This document shows, piece after piece, positions 1 through 9,077 of a stretch of DNA of 18,249 nt. The notes beneath the pieces are model-generated. The model did not search any database. It was not told where the DNA came from and saw only the letters and a program-made list of their open reading frames with translations. The stretch's first letter is position 1; every line of letters begins with the position of its first letter. The DNA comes from a virus (Duplodnaviria; Heunggongvirae; Uroviricota; Caudoviricetes), in the IMG/VR virus record IMGVR_UViG_2651869725_000017, one strand, 5' to 3'. Both the position numbers and the translations under genes were made by a program.

Positions 1-384
1 CCCATCAAAGGTGTTGAGCCACCAGAGTGGTTCGCTGAAGAAGATCTCCCTCTCGCCACGATCATGTGGCAACTGACAACCAAAGAACTCTGCGGTCATG
101 GCCTGTTGTGCGTGACTGACCTCGCGGTGCTTGAGCGGTGGTGCGTGGCCTATGAGTTCTGGCGACGTGCCGTGAAAAATATTGCCATACAGGGCAACAC
201 CATCACCGGTGCAATGGGCGGCAGGGTCAAAAATCCGGAGCTGACCGCCAAAAAAGAACAGGAGTCCGAGATGAGCAGCACGGGGGCAATGCTCGGACTC
301 GACCCCAGCAGCCGCCAGCGTCTGATTGGCCTGGCGGGGCAGAAGAAAGCTACTAACCCGTTTCTGAAAATTATCGAATCATGA
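1..384 (+). CDS. Terminase small subunit (P27-like), 5'-truncated by window edge
   Basis: The frame of the 64..384 ORF stays open back to position 1, so the gene starts upstream. Its stop overlaps the terminase large start (ATGA at 381-384). Family call from recalled similarity of the C-terminal region. Confidence 0.7.
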   Translation, partial: PIKGVEPPEWFAEEDLPLATIMWQLTTKELCGHGLLCVTDLAVLERWCVAYEFWRRAVKNIAIQGNTITGAMGGRVKNPELTAKKEQESEMSSTGAMLGLDPSSRQRLIGLAGQKKATNPFLKIIES

Positions 385-2114
385 GCCGGAAATCTTACCC
401 CAACGTAAATGCTGCCAATCAGTATGCCCGGGATGTCGTTCGCGGAAAGATTGTGGCCTGCCAGTTTGTGATTCAGGCCTGCCAGCGCCATCTTGATGAC
501 CTGATGGCGGAAAAAAGTAAGTCGTTTCGTTACCGCTTCGACAAGGACCTGGCTGAACGGGCCGCCAAATTTATTCAGCTGTTGCCGCACACCAAGGGTG
601 AGTGGGCATTCAAGAGGATGCCCATCACGCTGGAGCCGTGGCAGCTCTTTGTGATCTGCTGTGCGTTTGGCTGGGTCAATAAAGGCTCCCGGCTGCGCCG
701 CTTCCGGGAGGTGTATACCGAAATCCCCCGTAAGAACGGCAAATCGGCAATCTCTGCCGGTGTCGCCCTGTATTGTTTTGCCTGTGATAACGAGTTTGGC
801 GCGGAAGTGTATTCCGGTGCCACGACAGAGAAACAGGCATGGGAAGTCTTTCGTCCGGCAAGACTGATGTGTAAACGCACACCCATGCTGACGGAAGCGT
901 TCGGGATTGAGGTTAACGCCTCAAACATGAACCGTCCGGAGGATGGTGCGCGTTTTGAACCGCTGATCGGTAACCCCGGTGATGGTTCATCACCCCACTG
1001 TGCGGTGGTGGATGAATATCACGAGCACGCCACAGATGCGCTTTACACCACGATGCTTACCGGGATGGGGGCGCGACGTCAGCCACTGATGTGGGCTATC
1101 ACTACCGCCGGGTACAACATTGAGGGGCCGTGCTACGACAAACGGCGGGAAGTCATCGAGATGCTCAACGGCTCGGTGCCTAACGATGAACTGTTCGGGA
1201 TCATCTATACCGTTGATGAAGGTGACGACTGGACCGACCCGCAGGTGCTGGAAAAAGCCAATCCAAATATTGGCGTGTCGGTTTATCGCGAATTTTTGTT
1301 AAGTCAGCAGCAGCGTGCGAAAAATAACGCCCGTCTGGCAAACGTCTTTAAAACAAAACACCTCAATATCTGGGTGTCGGCACGTTCGGCGTATTTCAAC
1401 CTGGTGAGCTGGCAGAGCTGCGAGGATAAATCACTGACCCTTGAGCAGTTCGAGGGGCAGCCGTGCATTCTGGCCTTTGATCTGGCGCGTAAGCTGGATA
1501 TGAACAGCATGGCGCGACTTTATACCCGCGAGATTGACGGTAAAACGCATTACTACAGTGTGGCCCCGCGCTTCTGGGTACCGTATGACACGGTGTACAG
1601 CGTCGAGAAAAATGAAGATAGACGGACAGCCGAACGCTTTCAGAAATGGGTGGAAATGGGCGTCCTGACCGTTACCGATGGTGCAGAGGTGGATTATCGC
1701 TACATCCTCGAGGAGGCCAAAGCAGCGAACAAAATCAGCCCGGTCAGTGAGTCACCCATCGACCCCTTCGGGGCGACCGGGTTGTCACATGACCTTGCTG
1801 ATGAAGACCTGAACCCCATCACTATCATTCAGAACTACACCAACATGTCCGACCCGATGAAAGAGCTGGAAGCGGCAATTGAATCGGGGCGCTTTCATCA
1901 TGATGGCAATCCCATCATGACCTGGTGTATCGGCAACGTGGTCGGCAAAACCATTCCGGGTAACGATGATGTGGTGAAGCCCGTCAAAGAGCAGGCGGAA
2001 AACAAAATCGATGGTGCAGTTGCGCTGATTATGGCGGTTGGCAGAGCCATGCTGTACGAGAAAGAAGACACGTTGTCTGACCACATTGAGTCCTATGGGA
2101 TCCGCTCGCTTTAA
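381..2114 (+). CDS. Terminase large subunit (ATPase/nuclease)
   Basis: 577-aa ORF directly after the small subunit with ATGA overlap; size and position typical of a phage large terminase. Family recognised from the translation, not searched. Confidence 0.9.
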
Positions 2115-2125
2115 CTGAGGTAATT

Positions 2126-2308
2126 ATGATCATGCTGATTCTCGCGCCTCTGGTGGGCGTGCTGGGGGCGCTTTTGCTGGCGTATGGTGCCTGGCTGATT
2201 TATCCCCCGGCGGGGTTTGTTGTTGCCGGGGCGTTGTGCCTGTTCTGGTCGTGGCTGGTGGCGCGATATCTTGACCGTACACAGTCGTCTGTCGGCGGAG
2301 GTAAATAG
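2126..2308 (+). CDS. Small membrane protein, 60 aa, two predicted transmembrane helices, unknown function
   Basis: GAGG at 2117-2120 with 5-nt spacer to ATG 2126. Two hydrophobic stretches (about residues 3-22 and 30-46) and a charged C-terminus. Stop TAG 2306-2308 overlaps the portal GTG 2308 (TAGTG). Confidence 0.5.
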
Positions 2309-3549
2309 TGTTCTTTTCGGGATTATTTCAACGAAAAAGTGACGCACCGATGACCACGCCAGCAGAGCTGGCGGATGCTATCGGGTTGTCCTACGACACC
2401 TATACCGGAAAGCAGATCAGCAGCCAGCGGGCCATGCGACTGACGGCGGTTTTTTCCTGTGTCAGGGTGCTGGCGGAGTCGGTCGGGATGTTGCCCTGCA
2501 ACCTGTATCACTTGAACGGCAGCCTGAAGCAGAGAGCCACTGGCGAACGTCTGCATAAGCTGATCTCCACGCATCCCAATGGCTATATGACGCCGCAGGA
2601 GTTCTGGGAGCTGGTGGTCACCTGTCTGTGCCTGCGGGGAAACTTTTACGCCTACAAAGTGAAAGCATTTGGCGAAGTGGCTGAACTGCTGCCCGTCGAT
2701 CCCGGCTGTGTGGTACCGAAGCTTAACAGTAGCTGGGAGCCGGTCTATCAGGTCACATTCCCGGATGGCTCCACGGATGTACTGAGCCAGGAGGATATCT
2801 GGCATGTGCGCACGCTGACGCTGGACGGACTGGTGGGGCTGAATCCCATCGCCTATGCCCGCGAGGCAATATCGCTGGCGGCAGCGACCGAAGAGCACGG
2901 GGCCAGACTGTTCAGCAATGGCGCGGTGACGTCGGGTGTGTTGCGTACAGAGCAGACGCTGTCAGATCAGGCTTATGAGCGCCTGAAGAAAGATTTTGAG
3001 GAGCGTCACACCGGGCTTGGCAATGCTCACCGCCCGATGATCCTTGAGATGGGGCTGGACTGGAAGTCGATGGCGCTGAACGCCGAGGACAGCCAGTTCC
3101 TGGAAACCCGCAAGTTTCAGCTTGAAGAAATCTGTCGTCTGTTCCGGGTGCCGTTGCACATGGTGCAGAACACCGATCGCGCCACCTTCAACAATATCGA
3201 AGAGCTGGGGCTGGGATTTATCAATTATTCACTGGTGCCGTATCTGACCCGCATTGAGCAGCGGATCAACACCGGACTGGTACGAAAAAGTAAGCAGGGC
3301 ATTTATTACGCCAAATTTAACGCCGGGGCGTTACTGCGCGGGGATATGAAGTCCCGTTTTGAAGCCTACGCCACCGGGATTAACTGGGGAATTTACTCTC
3401 CCAATGATTGTCGCGACCTGGAAGATATGAATCCGCGTCCCGGTGGGGATGTCTATCTCACACCGATGAACATGACCACGAAACCCTCCGATGGCAGTAA
3501 AGCCGGTAAGCAGAAGGATAACGCCAATGCAGACGAAACAACGTCTTGA
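2308..3549 (+). CDS. Portal protein (HK97 family)
   Basis: 413-aa ORF in the canonical position after the terminase. GTG start at 2308 is preceded by GGAGGT at 2296-2301; an in-frame ATG at 2350 is an alternative start. Family recognised from the translation. Confidence 0.88.
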   Translation: MFFSGLFQRKSDAPMTTPAELADAIGLSYDTYTGKQISSQRAMRLTAVFSCVRVLAESVGMLPCNLYHLNGSLKQRATGERLHKLISTHPNGYMTPQEFWELVVTCLCLRGNFYAYKVKAFGEVAELLPVDPGCVVPKLNSSWEPVYQVTFPDGSTDVLSQEDIWHVRTLTLDGLVGLNPIAYAREAISLAAATEEHGARLFSNGAVTSGVLRTEQTLSDQAYERLKKDFEERHTGLGNAHRPMILEMGLDWKSMALNAEDSQFLETRKFQLEEICRLFRVPLHMVQNTDRATFNNIEELGLGFINYSLVPYLTRIEQRINTGLVRKSKQGIYYAKFNAGALLRGDMKSRFEAYATGINWGIYSPNDCRDLEDMNPRPGGDVYLTPMNMTTKPSDGSKAGKQKDNANADETTS

Positions 3550-4177
3550 TGTACCGCTGAGTCTGAAATCTGTCAGTGACTCCGGTGAGTTTGAAGGATA
3601 TGGCTCCGTCTTTGGTGTAAAGGACAGTCACGATGATGTGGTGATGTCCGGGGCATTTGCTGCTTCCCTGCGGGCGTGGAGTGACAGAAAAGCGTTACCT
3701 GCGCTGCTCTGGCAGCACCGCATGGATGAACCCATCGGTGTTTACACCGAAATGAAGGAAGACGATGTCGGGCTTTACGTCAGGGGGCGGTTGCTCATTG
3801 ATGATGATCCCCTGGCAAAACGCGCACATGCACACATGAAGGCCGGTTCGTTAACCGGCCTTTCTATTGGGTACGTCCTGAAAGACTGGGAATACGACCG
3901 GAGCAAAGAAGCCTTTCTGCTGAAAGAAATCGACCTCTGGGAAGTCAGTCTGGTGACGTTCCCGTCTAACGACGAGGCGCGGATCAGCGACGTCAAGAAC
4001 TCGCTGGCCCGCGGGGAAATCCCCGAACAGAAAAAAATCGAAAGAGTCCTGCGTGATGTCGGACTCTCCCGTACCCAGGCCAAAGCATTCATGGCCGGGG
4101 GCTATGGCGCACTGTCCCTGCGCGACGCTGAGGATGTGGGCTCTGCACTGAATGCACTGAAAAATCTGAACTTCTAA
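3527..4177 (+). CDS. Prohead maturation protease (HK97 family)
   Basis: ORF in the expected position between portal and capsid. I prefer the ATG at 3527 (AAGGA upstream) over the track's ATG at 3491, which has no convincing ribosome-binding site and lies deeper inside the portal gene. Confidence 0.8.
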   Translation: MQTKQRLDVPLSLKSVSDSGEFEGYGSVFGVKDSHDDVVMSGAFAASLRAWSDRKALPALLWQHRMDEPIGVYTEMKEDDVGLYVRGRLLIDDDPLAKRAHAHMKAGSLTGLSIGYVLKDWEYDRSKEAFLLKEIDLWEVSLVTFPSNDEARISDVKNSLARGEIPEQKKIERVLRDVGLSRTQAKAFMAGGYGALSLRDAEDVGSALNALKNLNF

Positions 4178-4191
4178 TCAGGAGAAATACG

Positions 4192-5397
4192 ATGGCGGTT
4201 GATATTAAAGATGTCGAACAGGTCGCGCAGGAGCTGCAGCAGAAGTTTGACGACTTCAAAGCAAAGAACGACAAGCGCGTGGAGGCGATTGAGCAGGAAA
4301 AAGGCAAACTTGCCGGGCAGGTGGAAACCCTGAACGGGAAACTCAGCGAGCTGGAAAACCTCAAAAGCGATCTTGAAAAAGAGCTGCTTGAGCTGAAACG
4401 TCCGGCAGGTGGTGCGCAAAATAAACTGGCCACCGAGCATAAAGAAGCGTTTGTGGGCTTCCTGCGTAAAGGCCGTGAAGATGGTCTGCGCGATCTGGAG
4501 CGCAAGGCATTGCAGGTGGGCACCGATGAAGACGGCGGCTATGCCGTGCCGGAAGCACTGGATCGCAACATTCTCACCCTGCTGAAAGATGAAGTGGTGA
4601 TGCGCCAGGAAGCCACGGTGCTCACCGTTGGTGGTTCCGACTACAAAAAACTGGTGAATCTGGGCGGCACGGCTTCCGGATGGGTTGGCGAGACTGACGC
4701 GCGCTCCCAGACTGCCACCTCAAAACTGGGCCTGATTGAACCTTTCATGGGGGAAATCTACGGTAACCCGCAGGCCACCCAGAAAATGCTGGATGATGCC
4801 TTTTTCAACGTGGAAGCATGGATCAACAGCGAGCTGGCAACCGAATTTGCCGAACAGGAAGAAATTGCCTTTACCACCGGCGATGGTACCAAGAAGCCGA
4901 AAGGGTTCCTGGCGTATGAATCCACGGATGAAACCGATAAGGTCCGGGCGTTCGGCAAACTTCAGCATATTGTATCCGGCGAAGCGACGGCGGTGACCGC
5001 AGACGCCATTATCAAACTGATTTACACGCTGCGTAATGCACACCGCACTGGCGCGAAGTTCATGATGAACAACAACAGCCTGTTTGCCATCCGTCTGCTT
5101 AAAGACAGCGAGGGTAACTATCTGTGGCGTCCGGGGCTGGAACTGGGGCAGCCGTCCTCTCTGGCGGGTTACGGTATCGCTGAAAACGAACAGATGCCGG
5201 ATATCGCCGCTGATGCGAAAGCCATTGCATTTGGTAACTTCAAACGGGGTTACACCATCGTTGACCGTATCGGCACCCGCATTCTGCGTGACCCGTACAC
5301 CAATAAACCGTTTGTCGGTTTTTATACCACCAAGCGCACCGGCGGGATGCTGGTCGATTCGCAGGCCATCAAACTGCTGAAGATTGCTGCGGCGTAA
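4192..5397 (+). CDS. Major capsid protein (HK97 fold) with N-terminal coiled-coil delta/scaffold domain
   Basis: 401-aa ORF with AGGAGA 8 nt upstream. N-terminal ~70 residues are highly charged and heptad-like (KDVEQVAQELQQKFDDFKAKNDKRVEAIEQEKGKL...). No separate scaffold gene lies between protease and capsid. Confidence 0.9.
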   Translation: MAVDIKDVEQVAQELQQKFDDFKAKNDKRVEAIEQEKGKLAGQVETLNGKLSELENLKSDLEKELLELKRPAGGAQNKLATEHKEAFVGFLRKGREDGLRDLERKALQVGTDEDGGYAVPEALDRNILTLLKDEVVMRQEATVLTVGGSDYKKLVNLGGTASGWVGETDARSQTATSKLGLIEPFMGEIYGNPQATQKMLDDAFFNVEAWINSELATEFAEQEEIAFTTGDGTKKPKGFLAYESTDETDKVRAFGKLQHIVSGEATAVTADAIIKLIYTLRNAHRTGAKFMMNNNSLFAIRLLKDSEGNYLWRPGLELGQPSSLAGYGIAENEQMPDIAADAKAIAFGNFKRGYTIVDRIGTRILRDPYTNKPFVGFYTTKRTGGMLVDSQAIKLLKIAAA

Positions 5398-5404
5398 TCA
5401 CTCA

Positions 5405-5424
5405 GGGGCGCGGAACCGCGCCCC
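5405..5424 (+). terminator. GC-rich hairpin just downstream of the capsid gene (possible partial terminator or mRNA stabiliser)
   Basis: GGGGCGCGG (5405-5413), 2-nt loop, CCGCGCCCC (5416-5424): perfect 9-bp stem. The downstream tract CTGTTCTG is only moderately T-rich. Confidence 0.4.
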
Positions 5425-5446
5425 CTGTTCTGACGGGTGAAGAATC

Positions 5447-5647
5447 ATGATCCTGAAACAAGATCTGAAATGGTCACCGGACGGTATGCGTGTTGAGGTC
5501 ATTCGGGCCGGTGAGTATGACGACGGGGCGCTTCCTGCCCGGGTGCAGGAGATTGCACTTCAGGCCGGGTTAGCAGAGCGCGGAATCAGTGCAAAAAGCA
5601 GTAAAGCGGCAAAAGAGAAAAAAGCCACGACCAGTAAAGAGGGCTGA
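5447..5647 (+). CDS. Hypothetical small protein, 66 aa
   Basis: Co-oriented ORF filling the capsid-connector gap. Its 3' end carries the AAGAGGG ribosome-binding site for the next gene (ATG 5650). Own ribosome-binding site is weak; no family recognised. Confidence 0.45.
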   Translation: MILKQDLKWSPDGMRVEVIRAGEYDDGALPARVQEIALQAGLAERGISAKSSKAAKEKKATTSKEG

Positions 5648-5649
5648 GT

Positions 5650-5973
5650 ATGCTTCTGACAATGGAAGAGATTAAAGCCCAACTCCGGCTGGATGAGGAT
5701 TTCGATGCTGATGACCGCCATCTGCAACTGCTGGCCTGTGCGGCACAAAAGCGGACGGAAACGTATCTGAACCGGAAGCTCTATGCACCGGATGAAACCA
5801 TTCCGGACAGCGATCCGGACGGGCTGCACCTGCCGGATGATATTCGTCTGGGGATGCTGATGCTTATCAGCCATTTTTACGAAAACCGCTCGTCGGTTAC
5901 GGAAGTGGAGAAACTCGACATGCCGCAGAGTTTTGGCTGGCTTGTCGGCCCGTACAGGTACTTTCCGCAATGA
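5650..5973 (+). CDS. Head-tail connector protein (gp6-like)
   Basis: 107-aa ORF in the position of a gp6-like connector; stop overlaps the next start (ATGA at 5970-5973). Family recognised from the translation. Confidence 0.8.
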   Translation: MLLTMEEIKAQLRLDEDFDADDRHLQLLACAAQKRTETYLNRKLYAPDETIPDSDPDGLHLPDDIRLGMLMLISHFYENRSSVTEVEKLDMPQSFGWLVGPYRYFPQ

Positions 5974-6380
5974 AAATTCGTCAGGCGCAGACCAGCGCAA
6001 CCTACATTCTGCCTGACCCAGGCGAGCTGAATAAACGCGTCCTGATCCGCCAGCGGGTGGATATGCCCGCGGATAACTTTGGCGTGGAGCCTCAATACCC
6101 GGTTGCGTTCCGGGCATGGGCGAAGGTTATCCAGACCAGTGCCACCACCTGGCAGGAAACCGCGCAGACTGGAGACGCCATCACCCATTACATCACCATT
6201 CGCTACCGCCGGGGGATCACTGCTGATTATGAGGTGGTCTGTGATGACAGTGTGTACCGGGTGAAACGTCAGCGTGATCTGAACGGGGCGCGGCGCTTTC
6301 TGCTGCTGGAGTGTACGGAGCTGGGCGAATGCAGGCAGAGTCACGGAGGCAGCAATGGCGACTCCCTTTTTTCACGTTGA
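5970..6380 (+). CDS. Head closure / head-tail adaptor protein
   Basis: 136-aa ORF translationally coupled to the connector gene; overlaps the next gene by 26 nt. Family recognised from the translation. Confidence 0.7.
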   Translation: MKIRQAQTSATYILPDPGELNKRVLIRQRVDMPADNFGVEPQYPVAFRAWAKVIQTSATTWQETAQTGDAITHYITIRYRRGITADYEVVCDDSVYRVKRQRDLNGARRFLLLECTELGECRQSHGGSNGDSLFSR

Positions 6381-6861
6381 TTTTCAGCAGCCCGCGGAGA
6401 TGCGCTTTAACCGCGCCCGTGTCCGGCGGGCGTTTGTCACGATTGGGCAGCGTCATATGCGTGATGCCCGTCGGCTGGTGATGCGCCGTGCGCGGTCGGC
6501 ACCGGGTGAAAACCCCGGTTATCAGACCGGACGCCTGGCTCGTTCGATTGGTTATATGGTGCCGAGAGCCAGTAAAAAGCGAGCCGGTTTTATGACACGC
6601 ATTGCCCCTAACCAGCGCAACGGGAAGGGGAACCGGATGATCTCTGGTGACTTCTATCCGGCGTTTCTGTTTTTTGGTGTCCGGGGAGGAGCAAAACGTC
6701 GTCGTAGTCATCATCGTGGTGCATCCGGTGGCAGCGGATGGCGATTGGCTCCACGTAATAACTTCATGGTGGAAACTCTTGAAAAGAACCGCAGCTGGAC
6801 ACGCTATTTTCTGGCGCGGGAATTGCGTAAATCACTGAAGCCGGAGCGACGACACAGATGA
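6355..6861 (+). CDS. HK97 gp10-family neck / tail-completion protein
   Basis: GGAGG 6 nt upstream of ATG 6355. Contains a TGRLARSI motif that I recall as typical of the HK97 gp10 family. Very arginine-rich C-terminal half. Confidence 0.6.
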   Translation: MATPFFHVDFQQPAEMRFNRARVRRAFVTIGQRHMRDARRLVMRRARSAPGENPGYQTGRLARSIGYMVPRASKKRAGFMTRIAPNQRNGKGNRMISGDFYPAFLFFGVRGGAKRRRSHHRGASGGSGWRLAPRNNFMVETLEKNRSWTRYFLARELRKSLKPERRHR

Positions 6862-7418
6862 AACTGACGCCTGTTATTGCTGCGCTGCGTGCCCGCTGCC
6901 CGTATTTTGAAAAACGGGTGGCAGGCGCGGCACAGTTCAAAAATCTGCCGGAGGTCGGAAAGCTGAGACTCCCGGCGGCGTATGTGGTACCGGGTGATGA
7001 CTCTCCGGGAGAAAACAAAAGCCAGACCGACTACTGGCAGGAGCTGAAAGAGGGCTTCTCCGTGGTTGTCATACTGAGTAACGGGCGTGATGAGCGCGGT
7101 CAGTTTGCCTCGTATGATGTGGTGGACGATGTCCGGCAGATGCTCTTTAAGGCCCTGCTGGGCTGGAACCCGGAAGCGTGCGGTAACCCGATTACCTATG
7201 ACGGCGGCACGCTGCTGGATCTGAATCGTCATGAGCTGATTTATCAGTTCGATTTTTCGGTCATCAGCGAGCTGACTGAAGACGATACCCGCCAGCAGGA
7301 TGATCTGAACAGTCTGGATGAACTGCAAACGCTGGCGATTGATGTTGATTATCTCGAGCCCGGTAACGGGCCTGACGGCGATATCGAACATCACACCGAA
7401 ATAACCCTTCCTTCCTGA
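6858..7418 (+). CDS. Mu gp37-like tail protein (tail terminator/completion candidate)
   Basis: 186-aa ORF with ATGA overlap to the upstream gene, placed immediately before the sheath block as in Mu-like tails. Family assignment from memory only. Confidence 0.55.
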   Translation: MKLTPVIAALRARCPYFEKRVAGAAQFKNLPEVGKLRLPAAYVVPGDDSPGENKSQTDYWQELKEGFSVVVILSNGRDERGQFASYDVVDDVRQMLFKALLGWNPEACGNPITYDGGTLLDLNRHELIYQFDFSVISELTEDDTRQQDDLNSLDELQTLAIDVDYLEPGNGPDGDIEHHTEITLPS

Positions 7419-7426
7419 GGATCCTC

Positions 7427-7597
7427 ATGTTTGTCAAACCTGTTAAAGGGCGGTCAGTGCCTGACCCTGCCCGCGGCGACCTTTTGCCCGCCGAAGGGCG
7501 AAATGTTGACGAGAACAACTACTGGCTGCGCCGTGAAGCAGCGGGTGATATCCGGCGCGTGAATAAAAAGGTGAACACCGATGACGATAAGCTTTAA
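7427..7597 (+). CDS. Small conserved phage protein (Mu gp38-like), 56 aa; absent from the ORF track
   Basis: GAGGA at 7417-7421 with 5-nt spacer to ATG 7427. Hand translation: MFVKPVKGRSVPDPARGDLLPAEGRNVDENNYWLRREAAGDIRRVNKKVNTDDDKL, stop TAA 7595-7597. Overlaps the sheath start (ATG 7581) by 17 nt. Resembles small proteins found upstream of sheath genes in Mu-like tails. Confidence 0.6.
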   Translation: MFVKPVKGRSVPDPARGDLLPAEGRNVDENNYWLRREAAGDIRRVNKKVNTDDDKL

Positions 7598-9077
7598 CAC
7601 CATTCCGTCGAATACGCTGGTTCCGCTGTTTTATGCGGAAATGGATAACCAGGCGGCGAATACTGCACAGGACAGCGGAGCATCGCTGCTGATTGGTCAT
7701 GCCAATAACGGTGCAGAGATTGTTGCCAACAGTCTGGTACTGATGCCGTCGGCAGACTATGCACGCCAGATTTGTGGTGCGGGAAGTCAGCTGGCGCGTA
7801 TGGTCGAGGCTTATCGCCAGACCGACCCGTTTGGCGAGCTGTATGTGATTGCCGTTCCGGAAGCCACAGGCGCGGCGGCAACGGTTACGCTGACGGTGAC
7901 CGGGGAAGCAACCGAAAGCGGCACGGTGAATGTCTATGTGGGACGTACCCGCGTGCAGGCTCCGGTGACCAACGGCGATAACGTCACGACGATTGCCAGC
8001 AGTATCCAGGATGCCATCAATGCCGTTCCGACTCTGCCGTTTACAGCTTCATCTTCGGCTGGCGTGGTCACACTGACCGCGCGTCATAAGGGGCTTTGCG
8101 GGAATGAAATTCCTGTCAGCCTCAATTACTACGGCTTCGGTGGGGGAGAAGTGCTGCCTGCGGGCGTACAGATTGCCGTGGCGGCGGGGACCGCCGGAAC
8201 GGGGGCTCCTGTTCTCACCGGCGCGGTGGCTGCAATGGCGGATGAGCCGTTTGATTATATCGGTCTTCCGTTCAACGACACGGCCTCCGTTAACACACTG
8301 GTGACCGAGATGAACGATACCAGCGGTCGCTGGAGCTATGCGCGTCAGCTGTATGGTCATGTGTATACGGCAAAGATCGGCACGCTGTCAGAACTGGTGA
8401 CCGCAGGTGACCAGTTTAACCAGCAGCACATTACCCTGGCGGGGTACGAAAAAGAGACCCAGACGCCTGCCGACGAGCTGGCAGCCAGCCGTACCGCCCG
8501 CGCAGCGGTGTTTATTCGCAACGATCCGGCACGTCCCACGCAGACCGGTGTGCTGGTGGGTATGCTGCCTGCGCCGAAGGGGAAACGGTTCACGATGACC
8601 GAACAACAGACCCTGCTGTCTCATGGCGTGGCAACGGCGTATGTCGAAAGCGGGGTGCTGCGCATTCAGCGTGATGTCACCACGTACAGGAAAAATGCTT
8701 ACGGGGTTGCGGATAACAGCTACCTCGACAGCGAGACGCTGCATACCAGTGCGTATGTACTGCGCAAACTGAAATCCGTCATTACCAGTAAGTACGGGCG
8801 TCACAAGCTTGCCAGTGACGGTACCCGCTTTGGTCCCGGTCAGGCGATTGTCACCCCGGCGGTGATCAAAGGGGAACTGCTGGCAACCTACCGTCAGCTC
8901 GAGCGCGCGGGGATCGTGGAAAACTACGAACTGTTCAAGCAGTACCTGGTTGTGGAGCGTGATGACAGCGATCCGAACCGCCTGAACACGCTGTTCCCGC
9001 CTGACTATGTTAACCAGTTGCGTGTCTTTGCCGTGGTTAACCAGTTCCGTCTTCAGTATTCAGAGGAGTCTGCATAA
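7581..9077 (+). CDS. Contractile tail sheath protein (Mu L-like)
   Basis: 498-aa ORF followed directly by a 118-aa tube gene with TAATG overlap at 9075-9079. Size and order match myovirus sheath-tube pairs. Confidence 0.9.
   Translation: MTISFNTIPSNTLVPLFYAEMDNQAANTAQDSGASLLIGHANNGAEIVANSLVLMPSADYARQICGAGSQLARMVEAYRQTDPFGELYVIAVPEATGAAATVTLTVTGEATESGTVNVYVGRTRVQAPVTNGDNVTTIASSIQDAINAVPTLPFTASSSAGVVTLTARHKGLCGNEIPVSLNYYGFGGGEVLPAGVQIAVAAGTAGTGAPVLTGAVAAMADEPFDYIGLPFNDTASVNTLVTEMNDTSGRWSYARQLYGHVYTAKIGTLSELVTAGDQFNQQHITLAGYEKETQTPADELAASRTARAAVFIRNDPARPTQTGVLVGMLPAPKGKRFTMTEQQTLLSHGVATAYVESGVLRIQRDVTTYRKNAYGVADNSYLDSETLHTSAYVLRKLKSVITSKYGRHKLASDGTRFGPGQAIVTPAVIKGELLATYRQLERAGIVENYELFKQYLVVERDDSDPNRLNTLFPPDYVNQLRVFAVVNQFRLQYSEESA

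Noticed and set aside
150-590. 146-aa minus-strand ORF antisense to the terminase genes
   Set aside because: Lies wholly opposite two well-supported co-oriented coding genes; long antisense ORFs are expected by chance in GC-rich coding DNA. No ribosome-binding site or family resemblance.
2323-2898. 191-aa minus-strand ORF antisense to the portal gene
   Set aside because: Antisense to a confidently called gene; arginine/glutamine-rich low-complexity translation typical of spurious ORFs.
3491-3526. Track-proposed ATG start at 3491 for the prohead protease
   Set aside because: No convincing ribosome-binding site and 59 nt of overlap with the portal; the ATG at 3527 with AAGGA upstream is more plausible. 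Left as uncertain rather than excluded.
4089-4523. 144-aa minus-strand ORF (serine/arginine-rich) across the protease-capsid junction
   Set aside because: Low-complexity translation opposite two strong plus-strand genes; no start context.
5560-6117. 185-aa minus-strand ORF spanning the connector genes
   Set aside because: Antisense to three coupled plus-strand genes; no independent support.
6804-7394. 196-aa minus-strand ORF opposite the gp37-like gene
   Set aside because: Same reasoning: antisense shadow ORF in a tightly packed, unidirectional operon.
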